Assembly (NCBI GenBank): GCA_965140415.1
Contig: OZ223209.1
Span: 5,152,001-5,216,000 of the forward strand
From: Myxococcota bacterium
Lineage (GTDB): Bacteria; Myxococcota_A; SURF-8
DNA length: 64,000 nucleotides
Reading direction: 5' to 3'
The number at the start of each line of letters is the position of its first letter. Positions within the stretch are counted from its first letter, which is position 1. Positions 8,846-18,054 of this stretch are shown in pieces. The position numbers and the translations under genes were made by a program. Under the pieces are notes generated by a model, which ran no database searches, was not told where the DNA came from, and saw only the letters and a program-made list of their open reading frames with translations.

Positions 8846-10317
8846 GCCGCTTCCTCCGTCGTCGCCAAAGCCCGGCGCAATTGATCAAGCGCCTCGGTCA
8901 ATTCCCCGTTTTCCCGTTCCTTTGCCTGCCGGATCGACTGCGCCAGCGTGTGGACCAGCGGCGGCAGCAGATCGGCGGCAAGCGGTTCAATGGCGCGGTT
9001 GAATTCTTCGCCCAGCGTGCGCAACAGCTCTGCCAGTTCCATCGGATCGAGGGCGTTAACAAACTGTCCCAGCGTTTCATTCAATAATTCCGGCTGCCGT
9101 TCGCGCATGCGGTTTAGGAGCGACATGGCGCGATTGAGCGTGTCCGCAGCCTGCTGCGGGTCGATACCATCCATTCCCTGTTGAATCTGCTGCGCCAGTT
9201 CGTCATCGGAGAAGCAGCGCTCCAGGCTGTCGATGCGCCTTGCCATGCGGCGCGCGCCGATACTCTGCCTTTTAAAGCGCGCCTCGATTTCTTCCTGCAA
9301 CAACTCCGGGTGAGTTTCCATTTGCTCATCTAACAGTTGCTCCAGCCGTTCGCCCTGTTCACGTAACAGGCCACGCACCTTCACCAGCAGTGTGACATCC
9401 ATTTCCGCCAGCATGCGTTCGAACAGGCCGGAAGCGTCCTGTACCAGCTTGGAGTTACCGGGCTTGCTGATCAGTTCGCTGCCCGTGCTCAGTTTGCGCA
9501 ACAGTTCAAGGACTTCGTTTGCGAGCTTACCGACATGCTCCGCATCAAGTTCGCGTAACAACTCCGAAAGCACATCCGCCGCCAGATCGGGTGGAAGCTG
9601 ATTGATCGGAATCAGGGTCTGCTCCAGGCTTTTGATTCCGGTATTGACCGCCACCGGCAGTGTGGAAAAGAGACAGATCATCTTTGCCGGATAGCGCCAG
9701 AGTTGTTCGTTGACCGTTTTGGTCAGATCGACCAGGTCGTCACCTGTTTGCTCGGCGCGTTGCTTGAGCTCACCGTAATCGACGTGCCCGATCCAGTTTT
9801 CGATGGCGGGTTTCAGCTTTTCCGAGAGCGGTGATTCCGTGTTTTGATGCATGCTGTTGGCTTGTTGCAGAATGTCGCTAAGAAGCGTTCCCGCCCGCGC
9901 CGTATCAATGCGCGAGAGCAGATCACTGAAGCCGGTGGTCTTTTTGCCATCGGCGACATTCCCTTCGTGCAGTGCCTGCGCGGCCTCAAGCCCACTGTTG
10001 ATCCATAACGGGATTCCCTGCATCAGCTGCTGTGCATGCTCGGGTTGACGCAACACCTCCTGCACCGCCGGGGCGGAGAAATCCTTTTCCGGCTTGAACA
10101 GCAGGGTCAAGAACCAACTCAGCAGTGTGGCGATGGCACCTTTCACGCGCCCGTCGCCAGCCCAGTCATGCAGCATGGCAAGCAAGGTTTCCCGCAGACG
10201 CCGGTTGACTTCGCGCGTGCGCAATAAGGCCGCCAGCAGATCGGGCTGCTCCTCTTTGCTGCCGGCTGCGGCTTTATCCTGCCCGGGAATGCGGTTCGTT
10301 CTCTGGCTCGATTCCAT
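8842..10317 (-). CDS. Hypothetical all-helical protein (491 aa), translationally coupled to the dehydratase genes
   Basis: Long ORF with GGGAG RBS; stop overlaps next start; L/E/Q-rich with recurring (I/L)D-x-x-x-x-(G/A) helical segments. Confidence 0.8.
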   Translation of the reverse strand: MESSQRTNRIPGQDKAAAGSKEEQPDLLAALLRTREVNRRLRETLLAMLHDWAGDGRVKGAIATLLSWFLTLLFKPEKDFSAPAVQEVLRQPEHAQQLMQGIPLWINSGLEAAQALHEGNVADGKKTTGFSDLLSRIDTARAGTLLSDILQQANSMHQNTESPLSEKLKPAIENWIGHVDYGELKQRAEQTGDDLVDLTKTVNEQLWRYPAKMICLFSTLPVAVNTGIKSLEQTLIPINQLPPDLAADVLSELLRELDAEHVGKLANEVLELLRKLSTGSELISKPGNSKLVQDASGLFERMLAEMDVTLLVKVRGLLREQGERLEQLLDEQMETHPELLQEEIEARFKRQSIGARRMARRIDSLERCFSDDELAQQIQQGMDGIDPQQAADTLNRAMSLLNRMRERQPELLNETLGQFVNALDPMELAELLRTLGEEFNRAIEPLAADLLPPLVHTLAQSIRQAKERENGELTEALDQLRRALATTEEAA

Positions 10318-10399
10318 CGGATACTCCCTTATTCGTCGTCACTTATTCTCGGCAATCCATGTTGCCACCCTTATGGGTGGCCGGTTTCTTTAAGCTTTT

Positions 10400-10424
10400 C
10401 GGCGGGCTCACACCTCGCCGCTAC
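10400..10424. repeat. GTAG-type REP-like palindrome
   Basis: CGGCGGGctcacaCCTCGCCG-CTAC; related copy at 12719-12743. Confidence 0.5.
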
Positions 10425-10463
10425 AAAAAGGCATCTGCTTTGCCATCCATATAATTAGCTGCT

Positions 10464-11051
10464 CTACGCGGATTTTGTTTTTTCACTGTTCTGCTCACTG
10501 TCCGCCATCAATAACGGTGCAATCGCCTTCAAGCGTTCCACGGCGGTGGCGAAGGAAAAACGCCCCGGCGTCAACATGCTGTGAACGGTTGCACCCAGCA
10601 GATAAATGAAAACCATCTCCGCCTCTTCGCGTCCCACGCTCAGGCTATCGATAATCGTTTCCTTGAAGGCTTCGCCGTAACCGAACAGCACGTCCTCTGA
10701 AGCGTGCGGACTGTTGCGCAGCAGATCCAGGCTCAGCGCCAGGTGGCTTAGATAGTCCTGCTGGCTGCGCTGTAAAAACGCGGTCATGCGATCCAGCTTT
10801 TCCGGTAACACCACATCCTCCGGCGTGGTTTTGTGGTATTCGCCGATGTTGCGCTCCGCCGCCCAGGCGAACATCTGCTCCAGAATGGTGATCTTGTTCG
10901 GGAAGTAATGATACAGCGTGCCGGTGGACACGCCGATGGTCTTGGCGATTTCCCGCATCGTCACATTGCTGTAGCCCTTGCTGCAAAACAGCGCGAAACA
11001 GCTTTCCAGTAATTCTTTGCGGTATTCATCGTGATCGACGGTCTTGGGCAT
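10464..11051 (-). CDS. TetR/AcrR family transcriptional regulator
   Basis: HTH MPKTVDHDEYRKELL...VTMREIAKTIGVSTGTLYHYFPNK. Confidence 0.93.
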   Translation of the reverse strand: MPKTVDHDEYRKELLESCFALFCSKGYSNVTMREIAKTIGVSTGTLYHYFPNKITILEQMFAWAAERNIGEYHKTTPEDVVLPEKLDRMTAFLQRSQQDYLSHLALSLDLLRNSPHASEDVLFGYGEAFKETIIDSLSVGREEAEMVFIYLLGATVHSMLTPGRFSFATAVERLKAIAPLLMADSEQNSEKTKSA

Positions 11052-11075
11052 CGTGCTACTCCCTGCGTTAGCAAT

Positions 11076-12437
11076 TTATTCCGTCGCCTGTACTGCGGCC
11101 TGCATCGGCTGCACCCGATTTTCCATGCTGCTGGAAACGCCGTCTTGGGCCATCAAATGCCGCCCCAGGTATTTTCCCAAACTCAAAATGGCCATGGTCG
11201 GCGGCAGTCCCCAGGCTTCGGGAATGACAGAGCAGTCGCAGACGTAGAGGTTGTCGAAGCGGGTTTGCAGCCTGGCATCAACGATCTCCCCAATTTTCGC
11301 CGTACCACCGGGATGGGCGGCGAAGGTCCAGGTCTTGTAGATGCTGCTCGCTCCTGCGGCTTTCAATACCTTCTTGGCATTCTCATAGCCGTGCAACAGC
11401 TTGTCTTTGTCTTCTTTGATCAGCTTCTTGCGCACACCGCCGCCATCGGTCAGATATCCGCCCAGGGTATCCTTGGCCTTGATCATGATGCGCGCCGTAT
11501 GACCGAAAGCGAACATCTTGTCGAAGCGCAGCACCTGCGCCGAAAAGAGCAGATGCGTCATGGGCTTGACCGGCATGTCGGTCATCAGATAGCCCTCGTC
11601 CTGCATGTGCAATCCTGCCGACATCGGGATCTCGTTGGCCTGCGTGCGCACATCTTTAATGGTGCCGCAAACAGTGATCAGCGGATCGAAAAAGAAATTG
11701 CGCCCTGCTTCTTCTATGCCGGACTGGCGCAGGATAACCGGCGTGCCGATGCCTCCGGCGGCCAGCACGATACGCTCGGCATTAACGGTATAGGTTTCCC
11801 CCTTGCGCTGAAATTCCACCCCGACTGCCTGCTCGCCTTCCACCAACACCCGCAGCACTTTGGCGTGATTCAGCAGCACGGCCCCATTGGCGACGGCTTC
11901 TTCCACAAACAGGCGCGCCGTCCACTTGACGCGATTGGGATCTCCGTAGTAGCCGAAGGGGAATTCCGGCTGCCAGCGATCCTGATCCATGAATTTCTTT
12001 AGCTTGCTCCAACCGAAACCGGCCTCTTGCGCCGCATCCATCAGGCGGCTGGCCATCGGCGTCATCATTTCGTCTTTGAGTTCTCCGATGGGCAGTTCGG
12101 CTTGCGCGCGCCGGAGATCGTCTGCCAGCTCGACTCCGTACTTGCGGAACATCTCCATGGGAGGTTCAAAGCAGGTGCCGTAATAAAACACCGAGCTGCC
12201 GCCGGTGGTGATGCCGCGCACCATGGCCAGCAGTTGGCGAGTCAACAGCAGGCTTTTACCGGGAATCAGCAGCTGCGTCAGGTAGTTGTAAACGCGGGAC
12301 TTGTGATCGTCGGGCGGGCCCCACTCCAGCATCAAGACGCGCTTTCCGGCTTTGGCCATGTCCTTGGCGACACTCGCCCCGCCGGGACCGGTACCCACTA
12401 CAATCAGGTCTACCCCGCTGAAATCATTAAGATTCAT
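11076..12437 (-). CDS. GMC family FAD-dependent oxidoreductase
   Basis: IVVGTGPGGA, GGSSV, LAAGGIGTPVIL, AHPGGT, LYVCDCSVIP...PPTM. Confidence 0.9.
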   Translation of the reverse strand: MNLNDFSGVDLIVVGTGPGGASVAKDMAKAGKRVLMLEWGPPDDHKSRVYNYLTQLLIPGKSLLLTRQLLAMVRGITTGGSSVFYYGTCFEPPMEMFRKYGVELADDLRRAQAELPIGELKDEMMTPMASRLMDAAQEAGFGWSKLKKFMDQDRWQPEFPFGYYGDPNRVKWTARLFVEEAVANGAVLLNHAKVLRVLVEGEQAVGVEFQRKGETYTVNAERIVLAAGGIGTPVILRQSGIEEAGRNFFFDPLITVCGTIKDVRTQANEIPMSAGLHMQDEGYLMTDMPVKPMTHLLFSAQVLRFDKMFAFGHTARIMIKAKDTLGGYLTDGGGVRKKLIKEDKDKLLHGYENAKKVLKAAGASSIYKTWTFAAHPGGTAKIGEIVDARLQTRFDNLYVCDCSVIPEAWGLPPTMAILSLGKYLGRHLMAQDGVSSSMENRVQPMQAAVQATE

Positions 12438-12464
12438 CGCTGACCTTCGCTTTCGCAATTATTT

Positions 12465-12512
12465 TATATCGAACGTTCGTTATATATTGCAGCAAGAAAG
12501 GGCAGTTGTCAA
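12465..12512 (-). promoter_or_regulatory. Sigma-70-like promoter with overlapping palindromic operator (probable TetR site)
   Basis: TTGACA on minus strand (12507-12512), AT-rich -10 region, palindrome TATA-T-CGAACGTTCG-T-TATA at 12465-12484 upstream of GMC-tetR. Confidence 0.65.
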
Positions 12513-12567
12513 CAGAGAAATTACTTTTTAGTGGAGGAGTGGAATTGTTAATTGGGATCAGGATTTT

Positions 12568-12669
12568 TGTCGGACTAATACCAGTCTAGTGATTTCAGGG
12601 TGGCGCGGGCTAAACCGCAGGTTTGCCCGTGTTCGAGAGTCACATGGGCAAGCTCCGCTTTACTCCGCT
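12568..12669 (+). repeat. About 100-bp dispersed palindromic repeat, near-identical to inverted copy at 44552-44654
   Basis: TGTCGGACTAATACCAGTCTAGTGATTTCAGGGTGGCGCGGGCTAAACCGCAGGTTTGCCCGT...CACATGGGCAAGC...GCTTTACTCCGCT occurs at both sites. Confidence 0.9.
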
Positions 12670-12718
12670 CTGCTCATGCTACACGCCGTGTGTAACCTAA
12701 TGAAAAGACAAATAAAAA

Positions 12719-12743
12719 CGGCGGGATTACGCTCCGCCGCTAC
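12719..12743. repeat. GTAG-type REP-like palindrome
   Basis: CGGCGGGattacgCTCCGCCG-CTAC; related to 10400-10424. Confidence 0.5.
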
Positions 12744-12784
12744 AGGAATGACAACGCAATTACAATGCTCAATTCTGCAAACCG

Positions 12785-13279
12785 CTACTTCTTCTTCTTT
12801 GGTACCCAGGCCCAGGTCATTTCACAAATAACCGGCTCCACACCAACGGAATCGGTGAGTGTTACCGGCACGACGACTTCTCCTTTGGGGTCGTTGCGGA
12901 TGGCGGCCAGTTGCTCCTCGCTTAACGTCGCGACGGCTTTGAAATCCCCGGTGGAGCGTTTCACGAAATTGAGCTTCATGCTCTTCATCAACGGCAGCGC
13001 CGAGTCGGGCAGGTTCCAGCCGACGACCAGCCCGGTAGTCGTTTCCGCCAGTAGACACATGGCCGAGGCATGGACTTGTTTCAGGTGATTCTGTGCCTTT
13101 CTACGATTTTTCAGGCTACATTCAACTTTGCGTTCTTCCAGCACGTCGATTGTGACCCCGGCGGTGCTCATGAAGGGCACTTTCAGGCCGAAGGCAAACG
13201 AAAAAGCCGGAACGCGCATGTTCTTGGGCAGAAAGCTGAATTTGTCCAATACACGAGTAAGCTGGTTGGAAAAGGACAC
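12785..13279 (-). CDS. DUF4442 / PaaI-like hotdog-fold thioesterase family protein
   Basis: VPFMSTAG, NRRKAQNHLKQVHASAMCLLAE, CEMTWAWVPK; GTG start with AGGAG RBS. Confidence 0.85.
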   Translation of the reverse strand: MSFSNQLTRVLDKFSFLPKNMRVPAFSFAFGLKVPFMSTAGVTIDVLEERKVECSLKNRRKAQNHLKQVHASAMCLLAETTTGLVVGWNLPDSALPLMKSMKLNFVKRSTGDFKAVATLSEEQLAAIRNDPKGEVVVPVTLTDSVGVEPVICEMTWAWVPKKKK

Positions 13280-13566
13280 GGAATCTCTCCTGAGTTGTCG
13301 TGATTTTCAATATCTGATTTCCGCCCTCGAAACTACACCAACTCTGCGAGAGATACAAAAGAAAAAGGAACCTGGTTTGGTTGATCACAAAACTCACAAT
13401 CGTGACAGAATATGGACAATTAAAAATAAATAGAAAATAATCTGGAAAAAATATGGAATTTTAAAAACAGAAGAGTTGTCTCTATTCATAACAAACAGAC
13501 GCAGTCGCCTTTTTATGGCGGCGAAATCTTTAAATTGGGACTTGGGAGACGAAAAGGAGAAAGAGT

Positions 13567-16296
13567 ATGAAAAAAACAATAAGATGGATATTGACGCTTC
13601 AGTTGGTTTTGGCACTCGCCATAATGAGCACCGCCACGGGATGTGGAGGTGACGACGAAACCGTTGATGGAGATATCACCGATGGTGATGTGACGGATGG
13701 TGATACTGTCGATGGCGACACCACGGATGGCGACACCACGGATGGCGACACCACGGACGGTGATGTGGACCCCGCCATGAGCCAGATTCGTGCGCTGCAT
13801 CTGTCACCGGATGCACCCACCGTGGATATTCTAGTCAATGATGACCTGCGCGCCATCGAGGATCTGGCGTTTCAAGACAGCTCGGACTATTTGGATGTCG
13901 ATGCGGGAAGTTATGACTTCGACGTGGTCCCGGCGGATGGAACGATTGGCGACAGTGTACTGGGCATCGATGATCTGGAGCTGATGGCGGACAAAGCCTA
14001 TACGGCGGTGGCCTTTGGAACGCTGGCGAATATCGGTGCTTTGGCGCTGGAAGACGATCTGAGCGATCCGGCGACCGGCAGTTTCCGTGTGCGTGCGATT
14101 CATGCCGCCGACGGTGTGGGTGAAGTGGATATCTGGAACGTGACCGAGGGCGTGACTCCGGCGATCATTTATGAAGACTTCGGTTACGGAGATGTCGGCG
14201 CGGCGTTGGAACTTCCTGCGGGTGAATACTCGCTGGGTTTCGATGTGGATGACGACATGACTCCGGATCTGGTTTTCGACACCGGTGCCCTGCCTGCGGG
14301 CGCGATCATCAACCTGTTCGCAGTGAAAGACGGCGAAGCGGTGTACCTGCTGGCGCAACTTTCCGACGGTACGACCTTGCAGATCGACCCGCGCGGAGCC
14401 CCCGCCATGAGCCAGATTCGTGCGCTGCATCTGTCACCGGATGCACCCACCGTGGATATTCTAGTCAATGATGACCTGCGCGCCATCGAGGATCTGGCGT
14501 TTCAAGACAGCTCGGACTATTTGGATGTCGATGCGGGAAGTTATGACTTCGACGTGGTCCCGGCGGATGGAACGATTGGCGACAGTGTACTGGGCATCGA
14601 TGATCTGGAGCTGATGGCGGACAAAGCCTATACGGCGGTGGCCTTTGGAACGCTGGCGAATATCGGTGCTTTGGCGCTGGAAGACGATCTGAGCGATCCG
14701 GCGACCGGCAGTTTCCGTGTGCGTGCGATTCATGCCGCCGACGGTGTGGGTGAAGTGGATATCTGGAACGTGACCGAGGGCGTGACTCCGGCGATCATTT
14801 ATGAAGACTTCGGTTACGGAGATGTCGGCGCGGCGTTGGAACTTCCTGCGGGTGAATACTCGCTGGGTTTCGATGTGGATGACGACATGACTCCGGATCT
14901 GGTTTTCGACACCGGTGCCCTGCCTGCGGGCGCGATCATCAACCTGTTCGCAGTGAAAGACGGCGAAGCGGTGTACCTGCTGGCGCAACTTTCCGACGGT
15001 ACGACCTTGCAGATCGACCCGCGCGGAGCCCCCGCCATGAGCCAGATTCGTGCGCTGCATCTGTCACCGGATGCACCCACCGTGGATATTCTAGTCAATG
15101 ATGACCTGCGCGCCATCGAGGATCTGGCGTTTCAAGACAGCTCGGACTATTTGGATGTCGATGCGGGAAGTTATGACTTCGACGTGGTCCCGGCGGATGG
15201 AACGATTGGCGACAGTGTACTGGGCATCGATGATCTGGAGCTGATGGCGGACAAAGCCTATACGGCGGTGGCCTTTGGAACGCTGGCGAATATCGGTGCT
15301 TTGGCGCTGGAAGACGATCTGAGCGATCCGGCGACCGGCAGTTTCCGTGTGCGTGCGATTCATGCCGCCGACGGTGTGGGTGAAGTGGATATCTGGAACG
15401 TGACCGAGGGCGTGACTCCGGCGATCATTTATGAAGACTTCGGTTACGGAGATGTCGGCGCGGCGTTGGAACTTCCTGCGGGTGAATACTCGCTGGGTTT
15501 CGATGTGGATGACGACATGACGCCGGATCTGGTTTTCGACACCGGTGCCTTGCCTGCGGGCGCGATTATCAACCTGTTCGCAGTGAAAGACGGCGAAGCG
15601 GTGTACCTGCTGGCGCAGTTGTCTGACGGTACGACCTTGCAGATCGACCCGCGCGGAGCCCCCGCCATGAGCCAGATTCGTGCGCTGCATGTGTCACCGG
15701 ATGCACCCGCCGTGGATATTCTAGTCAATGATGACCTGCGCGCCATCGAGGATCTGGCGTTTCAAGACAGCTCGGACTATCTGGATGTCGATGCGGGAAG
15801 TTATGACTTCGACGTGGTCCCGGCGGATGGAACGATTGGCGACAGTGTACTGGGCATCGATGATCTGGAGCTGATGGCGGACAAAGCCTATACGGCGGTG
15901 GCCTTTGGAACGCTGGCGAATATCGGTGCTTTGGCGCTGGAAGACGATCTGAGCGATCCGGCGACCGGCAGTTTCCGTGTGCGTGCGATTCATGCCGCCG
16001 ACGGTGTGGGTGAAGTGGATATCTGGAACGTGACCGAGGGCGTGACTCCGGCGATCATTTATGAAGACTTCGGTTACGGAGATGTCGGCGCGGCGTTGGA
16101 ACTTCCTGCGGGTGAATACTCGCTGGGTTTCGATGTGGATGACGACATGACGCCGGATCTGGTTTTCGACACCGGTGCCTTGCCTGCGGGCGCGATTATC
16201 AACCTGTTCGCAGTGAAAGACGGCGAAGCGGTGTACCTGCTGGCGCAGTTGTCTGACGGTACGACCTTGCAGATCGACCCGCGCGGAGATATGTAA
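13567..16296 (+). CDS. Acidic lipoprotein with four tandem 210-aa DUF4397-like repeats
   Basis: Signal peptide ending TATGC, DGDxT linker, repeats beginning IRALHLSPDAPTVDILVN and internal VRAIHAADGVGEVDIW; AGGAG RBS. Confidence 0.88.
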   Translation: MKKTIRWILTLQLVLALAIMSTATGCGGDDETVDGDITDGDVTDGDTVDGDTTDGDTTDGDTTDGDVDPAMSQIRALHLSPDAPTVDILVNDDLRAIEDLAFQDSSDYLDVDAGSYDFDVVPADGTIGDSVLGIDDLELMADKAYTAVAFGTLANIGALALEDDLSDPATGSFRVRAIHAADGVGEVDIWNVTEGVTPAIIYEDFGYGDVGAALELPAGEYSLGFDVDDDMTPDLVFDTGALPAGAIINLFAVKDGEAVYLLAQLSDGTTLQIDPRGAPAMSQIRALHLSPDAPTVDILVNDDLRAIEDLAFQDSSDYLDVDAGSYDFDVVPADGTIGDSVLGIDDLELMADKAYTAVAFGTLANIGALALEDDLSDPATGSFRVRAIHAADGVGEVDIWNVTEGVTPAIIYEDFGYGDVGAALELPAGEYSLGFDVDDDMTPDLVFDTGALPAGAIINLFAVKDGEAVYLLAQLSDGTTLQIDPRGAPAMSQIRALHLSPDAPTVDILVNDDLRAIEDLAFQDSSDYLDVDAGSYDFDVVPADGTIGDSVLGIDDLELMADKAYTAVAFGTLANIGALALEDDLSDPATGSFRVRAIHAADGVGEVDIWNVTEGVTPAIIYEDFGYGDVGAALELPAGEYSLGFDVDDDMTPDLVFDTGALPAGAIINLFAVKDGEAVYLLAQLSDGTTLQIDPRGAPAMSQIRALHVSPDAPAVDILVNDDLRAIEDLAFQDSSDYLDVDAGSYDFDVVPADGTIGDSVLGIDDLELMADKAYTAVAFGTLANIGALALEDDLSDPATGSFRVRAIHAADGVGEVDIWNVTEGVTPAIIYEDFGYGDVGAALELPAGEYSLGFDVDDDMTPDLVFDTGALPAGAIINLFAVKDGEAVYLLAQLSDGTTLQIDPRGDM
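13666..13765 (+). repeat. 15-bp coding minisatellite (GATGGCGACACCACG-like; DGDxT)
   Basis: About seven DGDxx units directly visible. Confidence 0.85.
13771..16288 (+). repeat. Four near-identical 630-bp tandem repeats
   Basis: Units start CCCGCCATGAGCCAG at 13771, 14401, 15031, 15661. Confidence 0.98.
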
Positions 16297-16696
16297 AACA
16301 TGGGTTGGCCTGCACGTCGACGTAGTGTTGGTGTGCAGGTCAACCTGAATGAAATCGATCTTTGACAAGAGATTAAACAAAAACAGGTGGAAAGGGTTTA
16401 AACGTTCCGATGGGATCACTGGCCGATTCTCTCCGGAATGACACGTTCATTTCGTTTTTGCTGGCAGTTGTTTGCTCCTGCCGCAACGAGACTATTGCAT
16501 CGGCTCGGCCCCCCCCGTCCCATTGATGCGTCTCCTCTCCTAACGTTCCTAAACTGATCCGGTCAACGGATTAAGTTGAGCGTTCTGCCGTTGCAGGCTC
16601 TGGGCGGCGGGCATTGTCGTCCTGCACTACAGCGATTCAAAACGAGTTGTCTTTCCGGACTCCTCCCACCTGGCGGCCAAAGCCAATCGGAACAAC

Positions 16697-16730
16697 GTGC
16701 GTCCCATTATGGGGCGCACGTATTTTTTTT
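16697..16730 (+). terminator. Rho-independent terminator-like hairpin
   Basis: GTGCGTCCCA-TTA-TGGGGCGCAC followed by a T run. Confidence 0.65.
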
Positions 16731-16856
16731 GAGAACTTAGTTTGGTGACGGGGAACGGATTGTTTCATGTTACACTGTATACATACGATATGGGAGGAGC
16801 GCTTTCGTGTGGGAACCGATCGTAGCTGACGTGTCGTTGGATTGTTTAGTGAGAGT

Positions 16857-17825
16857 TCACCCCGACGGCCAGCGCTTGAGCGCACGTTCGAATTCTTCGA
16901 ATTGTGAAAACAGGCGCATTTTGGGGATATTCTGAAGTTGCTTTGCCAGTGTTTCCGGCAGACCGACCCAGACTTCAATTTCCGCAGCCAGTCTTTGTAA
17001 ACCACGAAGCAAATCGATGTAATCTTCATCTTGCTCGGGAAGGACGAGACTTAGTACAAGAACGTCGGCTTCTCGCGATCTGATGGAAAAAAGCAAATCC
17101 TCGAAGGGAATATTCGGTCCCAGGTAAATCGGTTCGAACCCGGCCATGGAACCAAGCACGGCGGCGATCAATGCGCCGAGTTCATGGTGCTGACCCGGCG
17201 GCGTCGAAAAGAGCATCCGGGGACCTTCGGGAGCGGGCGTAACGGATTGCAGCAGGATGAGAAGCCTGCGTTTGACCTGTTCGCTGACCAGATGTTCCTG
17301 CGAGACATTCAGTATGGAAGACGCCCAGCGTTCTCCAACTTCATGCAGCAACGGCAGGAAAATCTTATAAATGAGCTCGCGCGGTGAATACAACAGGGAG
17401 GCGCGTGCCAGAAGTCGCTCGGCCTGCGATGCATTGAAATGTTCAATGTATCCGAGGTAGCGCTGGATCAGTCGTTCTTGTTCGCGCTGTGGGTGCTCCA
17501 AAAGAGTGTCTTCCACAGGTTCCTGCGTTTTTGAAGGCGGTACTTTCTTTTCATCTACTTCATCGACGAGTTGCTGTAATTGCGAAAGTGTTTGTTCTGC
17601 AATACTGCCGATGCGATAGCCCTGCTTTGTGGCTTGGGCAAGCAGTTGCAGGCGTTGGACATCCTGCTGGGAATACATGCGGGTATTGCCTTCGGTGCGC
17701 TGAGGATGGATCGCATGATAACGCCGTTCCCAAACGCGAATCGTGTCTGCCGTAAGACCGGTCATCCGAGTGACGAGGCGCATCGGATACATCGCGTTAT
17801 TGCATCTTTTTTCTTCTGATTGCAT
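16857..17825 (-). CDS. CarH/LitR-like MerR regulator with cobalamin-binding domain
   Basis: MerR HTH (TIRVWERRY, RTEGNTRMYS), W-x9-EH (WASSILNVSQEH), GQHHELGA B12 His motif, YLGPNIP. Confidence 0.9.
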   Translation of the reverse strand: MQSEEKRCNNAMYPMRLVTRMTGLTADTIRVWERRYHAIHPQRTEGNTRMYSQQDVQRLQLLAQATKQGYRIGSIAEQTLSQLQQLVDEVDEKKVPPSKTQEPVEDTLLEHPQREQERLIQRYLGYIEHFNASQAERLLARASLLYSPRELIYKIFLPLLHEVGERWASSILNVSQEHLVSEQVKRRLLILLQSVTPAPEGPRMLFSTPPGQHHELGALIAAVLGSMAGFEPIYLGPNIPFEDLLFSIRSREADVLVLSLVLPEQDEDYIDLLRGLQRLAAEIEVWVGLPETLAKQLQNIPKMRLFSQFEEFERALKRWPSG

Positions 17826-18054
17826 TCTGCTTTCCTGTTTCTGATCCAGAATCGATTGTAACTCAAAATCTGGAAAGTTCCAGTTCTAAAAAGATAGATG
17901 GAATGATTGTCTATAAAAATTCTAAGAAAAAAATATAAAATAATTAATATTATCTGGAATAGATATGGACACTATCATGTCTAATATACAGAACGACGAA
18001 TTTGAAGCCAAAAAGGCTTCCATGAAATAACAAACTGATCGAAAGGAAAGAGCC

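Noticed and set aside
12589-12831. Paralogous small ORFs starting MISGWRGLNRRFAR (also 44271-44633)
   Set aside because: Similarity comes only from the shared non-coding repeat and ends with it
13771-16288. Tandem repeats as a CRISPR array or mobile element
   Set aside because: Units are 630 bp, in frame and contiguous with no spacers or transposase
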